A DNA stretch of 64,000 bases from an uncultured Chloroflexia bacterium (GTDB taxonomy: Bacteria; Chloroflexota; Limnocylindria; Limnocylindrales; CSP1-4), in assembly GCA_963813535.1 (NCBI GenBank), contig CAWEZH010000002.1:384001-448000 (forward strand), read 5' to 3'. The stretch's first letter is position 1. Each line of letters starts with the position of its first letter. The position numbers and the translations under genes were made by a program. This document shows, one piece after another, positions 44,117 through 53,100 of the stretch. A model generated the notes under the pieces. The model did no database searches, was not told the origin of the DNA, and worked only from the letters and a program-made list of their open reading frames with translations.

Positions 44117-47100
44117 GTGACCCTCGCGCCCAACGATTTCGCCCACCTCCACGTCCACTCCGAGTTCAGCCTGCTCGACGGCCTGGGCCGGATCACCGAG
44201 CTGGTCGATGCGGCGGCCGCCCAGGGTATGGACTCGATGGCCCTGACGGACCACGGCGCGCTGTATGGGGCGGTCGCCTTCTATCAGGCGGCGAAGAACA
44301 AGGGCATCAAGCCGATCATCGGCGTCGAGACCTACGTCGCGCCGCGGTCCATGACATCGAAGGAGGGCAAGGCCGACAGCCAGCCCTTCCACCTGATCCT
44401 GCTCGCCAAGGACTACGCGGGCTACCAGAACCTCTGCCGGCTCGCGACCGACGCCCACGTCGACGGCTACTACTACAAGCCCCGCATCGACCACGACCAT
44501 CTCGCCAGGTATAGCGCCGGGCTGATCGGCCTCTCGGCGTGCCTCGGCGGCGAGGTCGCCAAGGCCCTCGAGGTGGAGGACTGGGACCTCGCGAGGAGCG
44601 TCGCCGGCCAGTACGGCGACATCTTCGGCAAGGACGGGTTCTTCCTGGAGCTCCAGGACCATGGCCTCGCCGAGCAGACGAGGCTCAATGGTCAGCTGCT
44701 GCGACTGGCCGGAGAGACGGGCCTGCCACTCGTCGCGACCAACGACCTCCACTACGTGCGGGCCGAGCAGTCCGAGGCGCACGACGTGCTGCTCTGCGTC
44801 GGCACGGGTAACAACCTCGACACGCCGGGTCGGCTCAAGTTCGAGACCCACGAGTTCTACGTGAAGTCGGCCGCGCAGATGGCGGCCCTGTTCCCCGACC
44901 AGCAGGAGGCGATCCTGGCCAGCCGGCGGATCGCGGAGATGACCGACGTCCAGCTGCCCCTCGGGCAGCTCCGGATCCCGCATTTCCCGGTGCCCGACGG
45001 CGAGACGGTCGAGTCGTGGCTGCGCAAGGAGTGCCAGGCCGGCCTGGAGCGCCGCTACGGGAGCGTCACACCGGAGCTCCAGGAACGGCTCGACTACGAG
45101 CTCGGCGTCATCACCTCGATGGGCTACGCCGGCTACTTCCTGATCGTGGCCGACTTCATCCGCTTCGCGCGCGAGCAGGGTATCCAGACGACCTGCCGCG
45201 GGTCGGCTCCGGGCAGCATCGTCACGTACACGCTGGGCATCACACCCGTCGACCCGATCCTCTACCAGCTGCCGTTCGAGCGGTTCCTCAACCCCGACCG
45301 CGTGACGATGCCCGACATCGACGTCGACTTCGAGGACGGACGGCGCGACGAGGTGATCGCCTATGTCGGCCGCAAGTACGGCCAGGACCACGTCGCCCAG
45401 ATCATCACGTTCGGCACGATGCTTGCCCGGGCCGCGATCCGGGACGTCGGCCGGGTGCTGGGGCACTCCTATGGCGAGGTCGACCGTATCGCGAAGGCCG
45501 TCCCGAACCAGCTCGGTATCAAGCTCGAGGAAGCCCTGCAGATCAGCCCCGCGCTCCGCGAGCAGGTCGATGCCGACCCCGCCGTCAAGCGGATCATCGA
45601 TTTCGCCCACCACCTCGAAGGCGTCGCCCGTAACGCATCGACGCATGCTGCCGGGGTCGTGATCAGCCGCGAGCCGCTGACCGAGCTGATGCCGCTCCAG
45701 AAGGCGACGAACTCGGACTCGCTGATGACGCAGTACGAGATGCACGCCATCGAGGCGCTCGGGCTGCTGAAGTTCGACTTCCTCGGTCTCTCGAACCTGA
45801 CCATCCTCCGTCAGGCGGTGGATCTCGTCCGCGACAACCGCGGCGTCGAGATCGACCTCGACGCGATCCCGCTGGACGACGCGCCGACATTCGAGCTGCT
45901 GGCGTCGGGTGAGACGACGGGCATCTTCCAGCTCGAGTCGCCAGGCATGCGGCGGTATGTCCGCGAGTTGCGTCCGACGTCGGTCTACGACCTCGCGGCC
46001 ATGGTTGCCCTCTACCGGCCCGGGCCGATGGACAACATCCCTGCGTACATCCGGCGCAAGCACGGCCAGGAGCCGGTCACGTACCTGCACCCGCTCCTGG
46101 AGCCCTACCTGGAAAAGACCTACGGGATCTTCGTCTACCAAGAGGACATCATGGCCGCGGCGATCGCCCTGGGTGGCTTCACAGGCCCCGAGGCCGACAC
46201 GCTCGGCTACGCGATCCGCAAGAAGAAGTCGAGCGTCCTTCGCGCCCAGAAGGAGAGGTTCGTCACCCAGGCCGCCGAGCGCGGGGTCGAGCCCAAGGTC
46301 ATCGACGCCGTCTTCACCGCCTTCGAGCCGTTCGAGCGGTACGGGTTCAACAAGGCCCACGCCACCTGCTATGGCCTGATCGCCTACCAGACCGCCTACA
46401 TGAAGGCGAACCACACGGTCGACTACATGGCCGCGGTGCTGACGGCCTTCCGCGCGAACGAGGAGAAGGTCGCGGCGGCCGTCGCCGAGTGTCGCCGCAT
46501 GGCCATCGAGGTCCGACCGCCGGATGTCCACGCCAGCCACCTCGAGTTCACGGTCGAGGGTGACGCGATCCGCTTCGGGCTGCTGGCGGTGAAGAACGTC
46601 GGACAGGGGGCGATCGAATCGATCATCGCGGCCCGAGCCGAGGGCGGTGAGTTCGTGTCCCTCACCGACTTCTGCACCCGCATCGACCTTCGGCTTGCCA
46701 ACCGCAAGGTCCTCGAAGCGCTCATCAAGGTCGGCGCGCTGAACGGGTTCGGCCATCCCGCGCAACTCCTCCTCGGCCTCGACGACGCGATCAACGCGGC
46801 GCAGGCGACACAGCGCGACCGGATCACCGGTCAGACCTCGCTCTTCGACATGGGCGCAGCCGACGCGCTTGCGTTCGAGCGTCCGCTGCCGGCGGCGACC
46901 GAGGTCCCCGTCCGCGAGCGCCTGCGCTGGGAGAAGGAGCTGCTCGGGCTCTACCTGTCCGAGCACCCGATGGGCGAGGTCGCCGAGCAGGTCGGCAGGT
47001 TCGTGAACGCGTATTCCGGTGACCTCAAGGACGAGACGCTCGACGGGCAGCGGGTCGTCGTCGGCGGCATCGTGACCGCCCAGCGCATCGTCATCACCAA

Positions 47101-47914
47101 GCGCCAGGAGTCGATGGCCATCGTGACCATCGAGGATCTCCAGGGGTCGATCGAGGTCGTCGTGTTCCCCCGGATGTTCGAGACGACGCGGCCCCTGCTG
47201 CGGGACGGCGCGATCCTGCTCATCGCCGGCCGGGTCGACCACAAGGGCGAGGAGGTGTCGCTGCTCGCCGACCTCATCGCCGACTGGGACGACGCCGCGG
47301 CACGCGGACCGGACGAGTTCGCCCGCGACGTGGCGGCGGGCGACCGGGGTGGCCGCAATGGCTCGTTCCGGCGGACACCCATCGCAGTCGGCCCGGGCCC
47401 TGGTCCCGCGATCGTCGCCGAGCCGCGGCCCGCCTTCGTCTCCGCGCGTCGGGACGCCGAGGACGGGAACGGGGCGGCCGGCCCGCCCGCCTCGATGCCG
47501 CGGATCGAGCCCGGCGTGCCGGTGCCGACCTACATGGAGGCACCGGGGGCCGCGGCCGGATCGAACGACGACGGACCGGATGAGCCGGCCGTGCCGGACG
47601 AGGCGCGGGCGCGGATCGTCGGAGACGCGACAGCCGACGCGCCGGTCGCGGCCGGACCTGGAGCCGTGCTGCACGTGCGCTTCGAAGGCGGCGCCGGCCC
47701 CGATCGGCTGATCCGCGCCATGGAGACCGTGAGGCTGCTCCTGCGTGACCGACCGGGAGGCACGCGGGTCGTCCTGCACGTGCCCGCAGCGGGCGGCGGA
47801 GAGGCGCTCCCCATGGAGCTCCGCTGGGGCGTGGCGTACGACGCGGAGCTACTGGCCGAGGTGCGACGCCAGCTCGGCGACGGCCTGGTCGAGCTGCGCC
47901 TGATCACTGCCTAG
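44117..47914 (+). CDS. dnaE: DNA polymerase III alpha subunit
   Basis: HLHVHSEFSLLDG (PHP), RGSAPGS, MPDIDVDF, STHAAG, GLLKFDFLGL, YGFNKAH, YLSEHP, OB fold. Confidence 0.98.
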   Translation: MTLAPNDFAHLHVHSEFSLLDGLGRITELVDAAAAQGMDSMALTDHGALYGAVAFYQAAKNKGIKPIIGVETYVAPRSMTSKEGKADSQPFHLILLAKDYAGYQNLCRLATDAHVDGYYYKPRIDHDHLARYSAGLIGLSACLGGEVAKALEVEDWDLARSVAGQYGDIFGKDGFFLELQDHGLAEQTRLNGQLLRLAGETGLPLVATNDLHYVRAEQSEAHDVLLCVGTGNNLDTPGRLKFETHEFYVKSAAQMAALFPDQQEAILASRRIAEMTDVQLPLGQLRIPHFPVPDGETVESWLRKECQAGLERRYGSVTPELQERLDYELGVITSMGYAGYFLIVADFIRFAREQGIQTTCRGSAPGSIVTYTLGITPVDPILYQLPFERFLNPDRVTMPDIDVDFEDGRRDEVIAYVGRKYGQDHVAQIITFGTMLARAAIRDVGRVLGHSYGEVDRIAKAVPNQLGIKLEEALQISPALREQVDADPAVKRIIDFAHHLEGVARNASTHAAGVVISREPLTELMPLQKATNSDSLMTQYEMHAIEALGLLKFDFLGLSNLTILRQAVDLVRDNRGVEIDLDAIPLDDAPTFELLASGETTGIFQLESPGMRRYVRELRPTSVYDLAAMVALYRPGPMDNIPAYIRRKHGQEPVTYLHPLLEPYLEKTYGIFVYQEDIMAAAIALGGFTGPEADTLGYAIRKKKSSVLRAQKERFVTQAAERGVEPKVIDAVFTAFEPFERYGFNKAHATCYGLIAYQTAYMKANHTVDYMAAVLTAFRANEEKVAAAVAECRRMAIEVRPPDVHASHLEFTVEGDAIRFGLLAVKNVGQGAIESIIAARAEGGEFVSLTDFCTRIDLRLANRKVLEALIKVGALNGFGHPAQLLLGLDDAINAAQATQRDRITGQTSLFDMGAADALAFERPLPAATEVPVRERLRWEKELLGLYLSEHPMGEVAEQVGRFVNAYSGDLKDETLDGQRVVVGGIVTAQRIVITKRQESMAIVTIEDLQGSIEVVVFPRMFETTRPLLRDGAILLIAGRVDHKGEEVSLLADLIADWDDAAARGPDEFARDVAAGDRGGRNGSFRRTPIAVGPGPGPAIVAEPRPAFVSARRDAEDGNGAAGPPASMPRIEPGVPVPTYMEAPGAAAGSNDDGPDEPAVPDEARARIVGDATADAPVAAGPGAVLHVRFEGGAGPDRLIRAMETVRLLLRDRPGGTRVVLHVPAAGGGEALPMELRWGVAYDAELLAEVRRQLGDGLVELRLITA

Positions 47915-48390
47915 GATGAACAGCCCCTGCTTCTAGCGACACCAGCGAGCGAGATCGCCGAACAATCTTGAGGCGGGATTCCCGATGCTTGTCGTGTCTA
48001 CTGAGATGAGCAGAAGGCGCTCCGCTATGGTCTGGGATCGGGCCACAAGCTAATGCAGAAGGCCGGCACATGAGCAGGACGACCGCTCGCCGTGCCCTAC
48101 CCGGCGCAGCGAGTTACGAGGCTGAATGCGGGAGGATGGGTACGCTATCCGGCGACCATGTAGAATTCCATTCGCCACGCTCTCGCGGCCTTGACCTCTG
48201 TTGTCAGGTCGTTCGGACTTGTTCCGAGCGGTCCGCGGGCCCGATCAGGTCGGCAACCGACTCTGATCGCGTGTCCGGACGGTCAACAATCGCCCATCGC
48301 AGTGGTCGGGTCCCAGCCGCCCTCCCCGGACCTTTTCGTCCTTGTAGGCTCGGGGGACCGATGCCAATCTGAAGTTGGATTCGCGCAAGC

Positions 48391-48470
48391 CTCACGAACT
48401 GGCACACCCGCCGCGAGACGGGGCCGCAAAGCCACGGGACTCCCTGAGTCAGCCGGGTTGCCGAACGGAG
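48391..48470 (+). ncRNA. Cyclic di-GMP-I (GEMM) riboswitch
   Basis: GGCACACCCGCC-GCGA-GACGGGGCCGCAAAGCCACGGGACTC-CCT-GAGTCAGCCGGGTTGCCG matches the GEMM layout (GGCAAAC..GNRA..GGGACGCAAAGCC...AGC.GGGTT.CC). P2 and P3 pair, and it ends 9 nt before ATG 48480. Confidence 0.88.
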
Positions 48471-48479
48471 CGATCATCG

Positions 48480-49981
48480 ATGTTCTGGGATGGATCACAT
48501 TGGATCAGCGAATCTGCACCACCCCCGGTCAGACGTCACCGCCGCCGCCGTGACTGGCTGGCGACCGGGGTAATGGCGCTCGCCGTGGTGGGCACCTTCG
48601 TTCCACTTGTTGCAACGTCGGCGGCGGCTCCACCACCCAGCCGCCCCCTGATGAACGGTTGGTCATCGACATACCAAACCACCGTCCTCAGTGAGACGAG
48701 CAGGAGGCTCCGGTACAGCGGCAGCTGGAGGCGCGCGGATCACCCGGCCTACATCGGAGACCGCGTTCGTTCGTCCGACCAGAAGGGAGCCAGCGTCAGT
48801 CTCTCCTTCAGCGGAACTGGGGTGTCGTGGATCGGACCCGTGGGTCCCACGCGCGGCACTGCCTCCGTGTACCTGGACGGGCGTCGGATCAAGACGGTCA
48901 ACACGTACGGACGGCGGTTCATGCCGGCGCGTGTCCTGTTGCGGTTCACGTGGGACACCGTTCAGACGCATCGCCTCAAGATCATCGTCGCGGGCACGAC
49001 CGGTCACCCGACCGTCGCTGTGGATGCCTTCGTGGTCCGCGGTCGAAGTAAGCCGCAACAGGTGACGACCGACCCTGTGAATAGCGCACCGACCGCGGCC
49101 CCCACCCCCGCACCGACCGCGGCCCCCACCCCCGCACCGACCGCGGCCCCCACCCCCGCACCGACCGCGGCCCCCACCCCCGCACCGACCGCGGCCCCCA
49201 CCCCCGCACCGACCGCGCGCCCGTGGCGACCCCCGCACCGACGCCGCCCGTGGCGACCCCCGCACCGACGCCGCCCGTGGCGACCCCCGCACCGACGCCT
49301 AGGCTGACCTTCGACGCAGAGTGCGCCGGGTCGAGTCTTGATCCAGCTTTCCGCGCGCTTTACGGCCAGGGCGACCCAGGTTTCGGCCTCGACTCCGACT
49401 TCATGGCGGACCTGCGACAAGTATCCGTGGCGAACGGCCTCTGTACGATCACGGCGCAGCGCATGACGACCCCGATGGGTCGGCCATACGCGTCAGCATG
49501 CTTCGCCACGTTCGGCACGTTCGCACAGACGTACGGGACGTGGGAGGCGCGGCTCCGATATCCGGCCGGGCAAGGCGTCTGGCCCGCGTTCTGGCTCCTG
49601 CCGGTGGGCCAGAAGGGACCGTATCCCGAGATCGACATTCTCGAGGCCTATCCCGCTCCTCCAGGCGCGGGTGGCGGCTCAGGTGACAATCTGATCGTTC
49701 ATACGCTCCATTACGGCTTAGGCCTGAACCATCACACCGTCGTCGACATGGGCGGAAACATGACGACCGACTTCCATGTCTACAGGCTCGTCTGGACGCC
49801 AGGCAAACTCGTGTTCTCCGTGGACGGGCGAGTGACCAGCACCATCACGGCGAACGTACCGTCGACACCGATGTACCCGATCCTGAACCTCGCGATGGGC
49901 GCGCCGGGATATCGCGTAGACGGGACCACGCCTGACCGATTAGTCATGGACATCGACTACGTTCGGGTGTACTCGTCGTAG
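48480..49981 (+). CDS. Secreted or anchored CBM-like + GH16 glycoside hydrolase, split by a frameshift in the linker repeat (ORFs 48480-49307 and 49223-49981)
   Basis: N-terminal hydrophobic segment, galactose-binding-like beta-sandwich (YSGSW...VYLDG...VDAFVV), Pro/Thr/Ala linker, GH16 motifs WPAFWLL, EIDILE, FHVY..VW and IDYVRVY. Confidence 0.85.
49086..49299 (+). repeat. Compound tandem repeat: five 24-bp units, one 29-bp chimeric unit, two 27-bp units and a partial unit
   Basis: GCACCGACCGCGGCCCCCACCCCC x5 (49086-49205); hybrid unit 49206-49234; GCACCGACGCCGCCCGTGGCGACCCCC x2 (49235-49288). Confidence 0.92.
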
Positions 49982-50242
49982 GGTTTAGCGACACCCGAAC
50001 GGCCGTCCCGGCTGCCGCCCACACCGGTCCGGTCGTCGACACAGCTCAGACGGCTGAGCACGCTGCTGACACCGCCGCCGTCAACTCCATGGCCTGATAG
50101 ATACGGCGCTTCGCTGATGCGCAGCGCCGCTTCACCGAAGTTGGACTCGAACAGATCTGCACCGCAGAGCAGGCGGGACATGGCGTCGCGACGCCGAGTG
50201 CATCGTCTAAGAGCCCCACACCGGCGTCGAGTGATGGCTCGA

Positions 50243-50691
50243 ATGCTGCCACCGATCACGTCGGGATGACGTCTGTATCCCCTTGACGCCGTACGTATGG
50301 GCTACCAAACTGTACGCCTCGAGGGGGGAGCGCGCGACCCAGTCCCGTGCCCCAACCATCTGCGGACCAGGATCCGATGGCGACTCACCGTCGGGTCTTG
50401 TGGCCTATCTTCCAGCCGGGGGAAGTGGGTTCGATGGGGGTGACACGGAGGTCTCGCAGGGTCGGCGAATCGCCCATGATCGCGGTCGTTTGCGCCGGGC
50501 CCAGCCTGGGGATGAGCGTCGCGAATGACGCTGCCAGCCTGACCCTACCGACGCCCACCACGCTCCCAGTCCGTCGGGTCGAAAGCGCCCGGGCGAGGCT
50601 GCGTGATCGAATCGTGGGCGAGGGATCCTGACGATGGTAGCCGCCGTTGCTCCGGCCCGGGTGGGTCGGGTGATGGCGCGCGTCTTCACGC
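50243..50691 (+). repeat. Copy 1 of a ~450-bp direct repeat (putative promoter/structured leader)
   Basis: Aligns by eye with 55075-55536 from ATGCTGCCACCGATCACG to TCTTCACGC with scattered substitutions. Confidence 0.95.
50512..50631 (+). CDS. Putative leader peptide/small ORF (39 aa, MSVANDAASL...) in repeat copy 1
   Basis: Differences from copy 2 are mostly synonymous third-position changes. Alternative in-frame ATG at 50476. Confidence 0.4.
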   Translation: MSVANDAASLTLPTPTTLPVRRVESARARLRDRIVGEGS

Positions 50692-50760
50692 CACCGGCGC
50701 GCAATCTGGACGAATCGTCGATCGGTGACGGCGACCTCGCCCGTCTCCTCATCTAGGGCC

Positions 50761-51756
50761 ATGGTCGCTACCGCCGCTCCGGCAGCGCCACTCGTCCCGG
50801 TGTTCGATGATCGCCCCGCCTCTGACGCGAGGAACGTCCTCGTTGCAGTCCCAGCCCTGAATGAGGAGCGCTTCATTGGCAGCGTGGTGCACGGTGTGCT
50901 CCTCGAAGGGTTCCGATGCCTCGTCGTCGACGACGGCTCGTCAGATCGAACGGCGGCAATCGCGTCGGCGGCAGGGGCCATCGTCAAGCGGCACGATCGG
51001 AATCTCGGCAAAGCGGCTGCCCTGAACAGTGCCTTCGAGTACGCCCGCCGGAAGGGGGTCTTGGTACTGGTCGCGATGGACGGGGACGCGCAACACGATC
51101 CGCAACAGATCAAGGAGCTGCTCCGGCCGATCCGGGCAGGTCAAGCGGATATCGTCCTTGGCTCGCGCTTCCTTGCGCCGGAGGCGTCCGAACTCCCCCG
51201 CGTCCGCCGCCTCGGCGTGAAGGCTTTCACTGCGACGGCGAATATCCTGTCGGGTGTCCTTCTCACCGACTCGCTCAGCGGTTTTCGGGCATTCAATCGG
51301 TCAGCGATCGAGGCTATGCGCTTTAAGAGCGATCGCTTCTCCGTCGAATTCGAGATGCAGTTCATGGCACGGAACGGGGGCCTACGACAGGTGGAGGTTC
51401 CGATCAACACCAGTTACACCGATCCCCCAAAGCGAAACTCGGTGGGCTACGCGCTCAAGCTCGTCGATGGCCTGGTCCGACTAGTTGGACGCTACCGCCC
51501 GCTGCTATTTTTCGGCGTCCCGGGCCTGGCGTCTCTGGTCGTGGGAATCGTGATCGGCACGCTCGTCATCGACACCTATCAGCGCTCGCAAGAGTTGGCT
51601 GTCGGTCTGACTTTGGCCGCTGTGCTGCTTGTCATCCTCGGGGCTATTGCGGCGTTCGCCGCCGTTCTACTTCACGTCCTCCGTGCGATGTTCCTGGAGC
51701 TCGAGGCTGACATAAATGCGCTGTCGGCGACGGAAGGCCTTCCGTATCGAAGATAG
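50761..51756 (+). CDS. GT2 glycosyltransferase, DPM1-like polyprenol-phosphate sugar synthase with C-terminal TM pair
   Basis: VPALNEE, VVDDGSSDRT, NLGKAAAL, MDGDAQH, GSRF, DSLSGFRAF, RPLLFFG and two TM helices. Confidence 0.9.
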   Translation: MVATAAPAAPLVPVFDDRPASDARNVLVAVPALNEERFIGSVVHGVLLEGFRCLVVDDGSSDRTAAIASAAGAIVKRHDRNLGKAAALNSAFEYARRKGVLVLVAMDGDAQHDPQQIKELLRPIRAGQADIVLGSRFLAPEASELPRVRRLGVKAFTATANILSGVLLTDSLSGFRAFNRSAIEAMRFKSDRFSVEFEMQFMARNGGLRQVEVPINTSYTDPPKRNSVGYALKLVDGLVRLVGRYRPLLFFGVPGLASLVVGIVIGTLVIDTYQRSQELAVGLTLAAVLLVILGAIAAFAAVLLHVLRAMFLELEADINALSATEGLPYRR

Positions 51757-51829
51757 TCCGCGTGCAGGACGGGACGCTAACGGCGCCCATAACCCCGCCT
51801 TGGGCGCACGACCATCGTTGTTGTTGGCG

Positions 51830-52942
51830 ATGAAGTACGCGATGGCCCTCGACACGGCCGGGCGTCCGGGTTCCGATCGCGAGGATCGGAGCGATCCGGG
51901 ATGCACGCTGAGCATCTGCGTCCCGACATTCAACCGTCCGGTCCTCGTCCAACGAGCCATTCGCTCGATTCTCGAATCGGTGCCCGATCGCACGAGCGAC
52001 GTCGAGATCATCGTTTCTGACAACTCACCGGACGTCTCCGAGGACGCGTGCCGTCGGGCCCTCGGGGATTGGTCCGGAGATTCGCTCTACATCGGCAACC
52101 GTCCTGACATCGGGATGGCGGCCAACTTCAACCAATGCATCGCGCGAGCGTCGGGTCGGTTCATCCTCTTCGTTCACGACGACGACCGTCTCCTTCCGGG
52201 CGCCGTGCCCGCGATCCTGGACGCGCTGGCCGCTGGGGACGACCCCGCCCGGGTGCTCCTGTTCGGCGTCCACTTCGTCGACGCAGCGGGACGCATCCTC
52301 CGGCGGCAGGAATTCTGCCGCCAGGAGTGGGTCGGCCCGAGCGGTGCCCTTCAGCGACTGCTTTCTGACAACGGGCTCGCCTGGTTCCCGGGGATCGTCG
52401 TCAGCCACGACGCGTACGACTCCGTAGGCGCCTTCGACGCTGACGTCGGAAACGCGACAGACCTCGAGATGTGGGTCCGTCTGTTCTCGCGATTTGGTCT
52501 GCGATGCGTTCCGAGCACGATCAGCGCATATTCCGTCCACGCCGGTTCCGCCACCCAAACCACGGCGTTCGACAGTGCGGCCGTCGGGACGATCCAGGAG
52601 ATCTTCCAGCGCGCCCGGACCATGGCGGTCCTTCGCGCCGAGACGATCGATGGATGTCAGGCCCAGTTCCTCCCGCAGGTCATCCTCGGTTCAGCCGCCT
52701 TCAGCGCGCGGTCGGGCGACCTGGCAGGAGCCCGAAAGGTGATGGTCCTGTTCGACCTGCCGTCAGTCAGATCTCTTGGGCCGTCGCTGGCGTGGCTGCC
52801 GGTTCGATTGATCTTCTCCGTACTCGTCCGATGCCCGCCCGCCCTTGTACGCCCGTTGATGAGTTGGGTGGACCGTTTCGACCTGGTACAGCGCGTTCGA
52901 GCCGTTGGGAATCGCGGTCGCGGCGAGCTTCCTCTTTGCTAG
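51830..52942 (+). CDS. GT2 glycosyltransferase
   Basis: SICVPTFNR, IIVSDNS, NFNQCI, FVHDDD, TDLEMWVR. Start uncertain. Confidence 0.88.
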   Translation: MKYAMALDTAGRPGSDREDRSDPGCTLSICVPTFNRPVLVQRAIRSILESVPDRTSDVEIIVSDNSPDVSEDACRRALGDWSGDSLYIGNRPDIGMAANFNQCIARASGRFILFVHDDDRLLPGAVPAILDALAAGDDPARVLLFGVHFVDAAGRILRRQEFCRQEWVGPSGALQRLLSDNGLAWFPGIVVSHDAYDSVGAFDADVGNATDLEMWVRLFSRFGLRCVPSTISAYSVHAGSATQTTAFDSAAVGTIQEIFQRARTMAVLRAETIDGCQAQFLPQVILGSAAFSARSGDLAGARKVMVLFDLPSVRSLGPSLAWLPVRLIFSVLVRCPPALVRPLMSWVDRFDLVQRVRAVGNRGRGELPLC

Positions 52943-53003
52943 CCCCACTGCCACCGCGGGCACTCGCAGGGAGCGATCAAGAAGCTCGGGTGCCGCGTCA
53001 TGA

Positions 53004-53031
53004 CAGAGTCGGTTGAACCAAACTGGCTCTG
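53004..53031 (+). terminator. Possible terminator hairpin between convergent genes
   Basis: CAGAGTCGGTT-gaacca-AACTGGCTCTG stem with G-U pairs, followed by CATTT. Confidence 0.35.
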
Positions 53032-53100
53032 CATTTCGCCCACGCGGCCGCGTGCGTCGCGTGTCGGACGGGACCGGGAGAGGCGGCTGGCGCGACGGAT

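Noticed and set aside
47915-48190. Island boundary as an integrase/tRNA attachment site
   Set aside because: No tRNA, integrase, transposase or att-like repeat is recognisable in this window; the other boundary is outside it.
49982-50259. Short minus-strand ORFs (50046-50252 with CPAC; 49957-50259)
   Set aside because: No RBS or family similarity seen, and the equivalent position next to repeat copy 2 encodes unrelated sequence.
50630-50650. GATGGTAGCCGC as an ops/JUMPstart element
   Set aside because: Only a partial match to GGCGGTAGnnTG, and no RfaH/NusG paralogue is in the window.
50243-50691. The 450-bp repeat as an IS or MITE
   Set aside because: No terminal inverted repeats, target-site duplications or transposase seen, and both copies are oriented the same way before GT genes. 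Not fully excluded without a genome-wide search.
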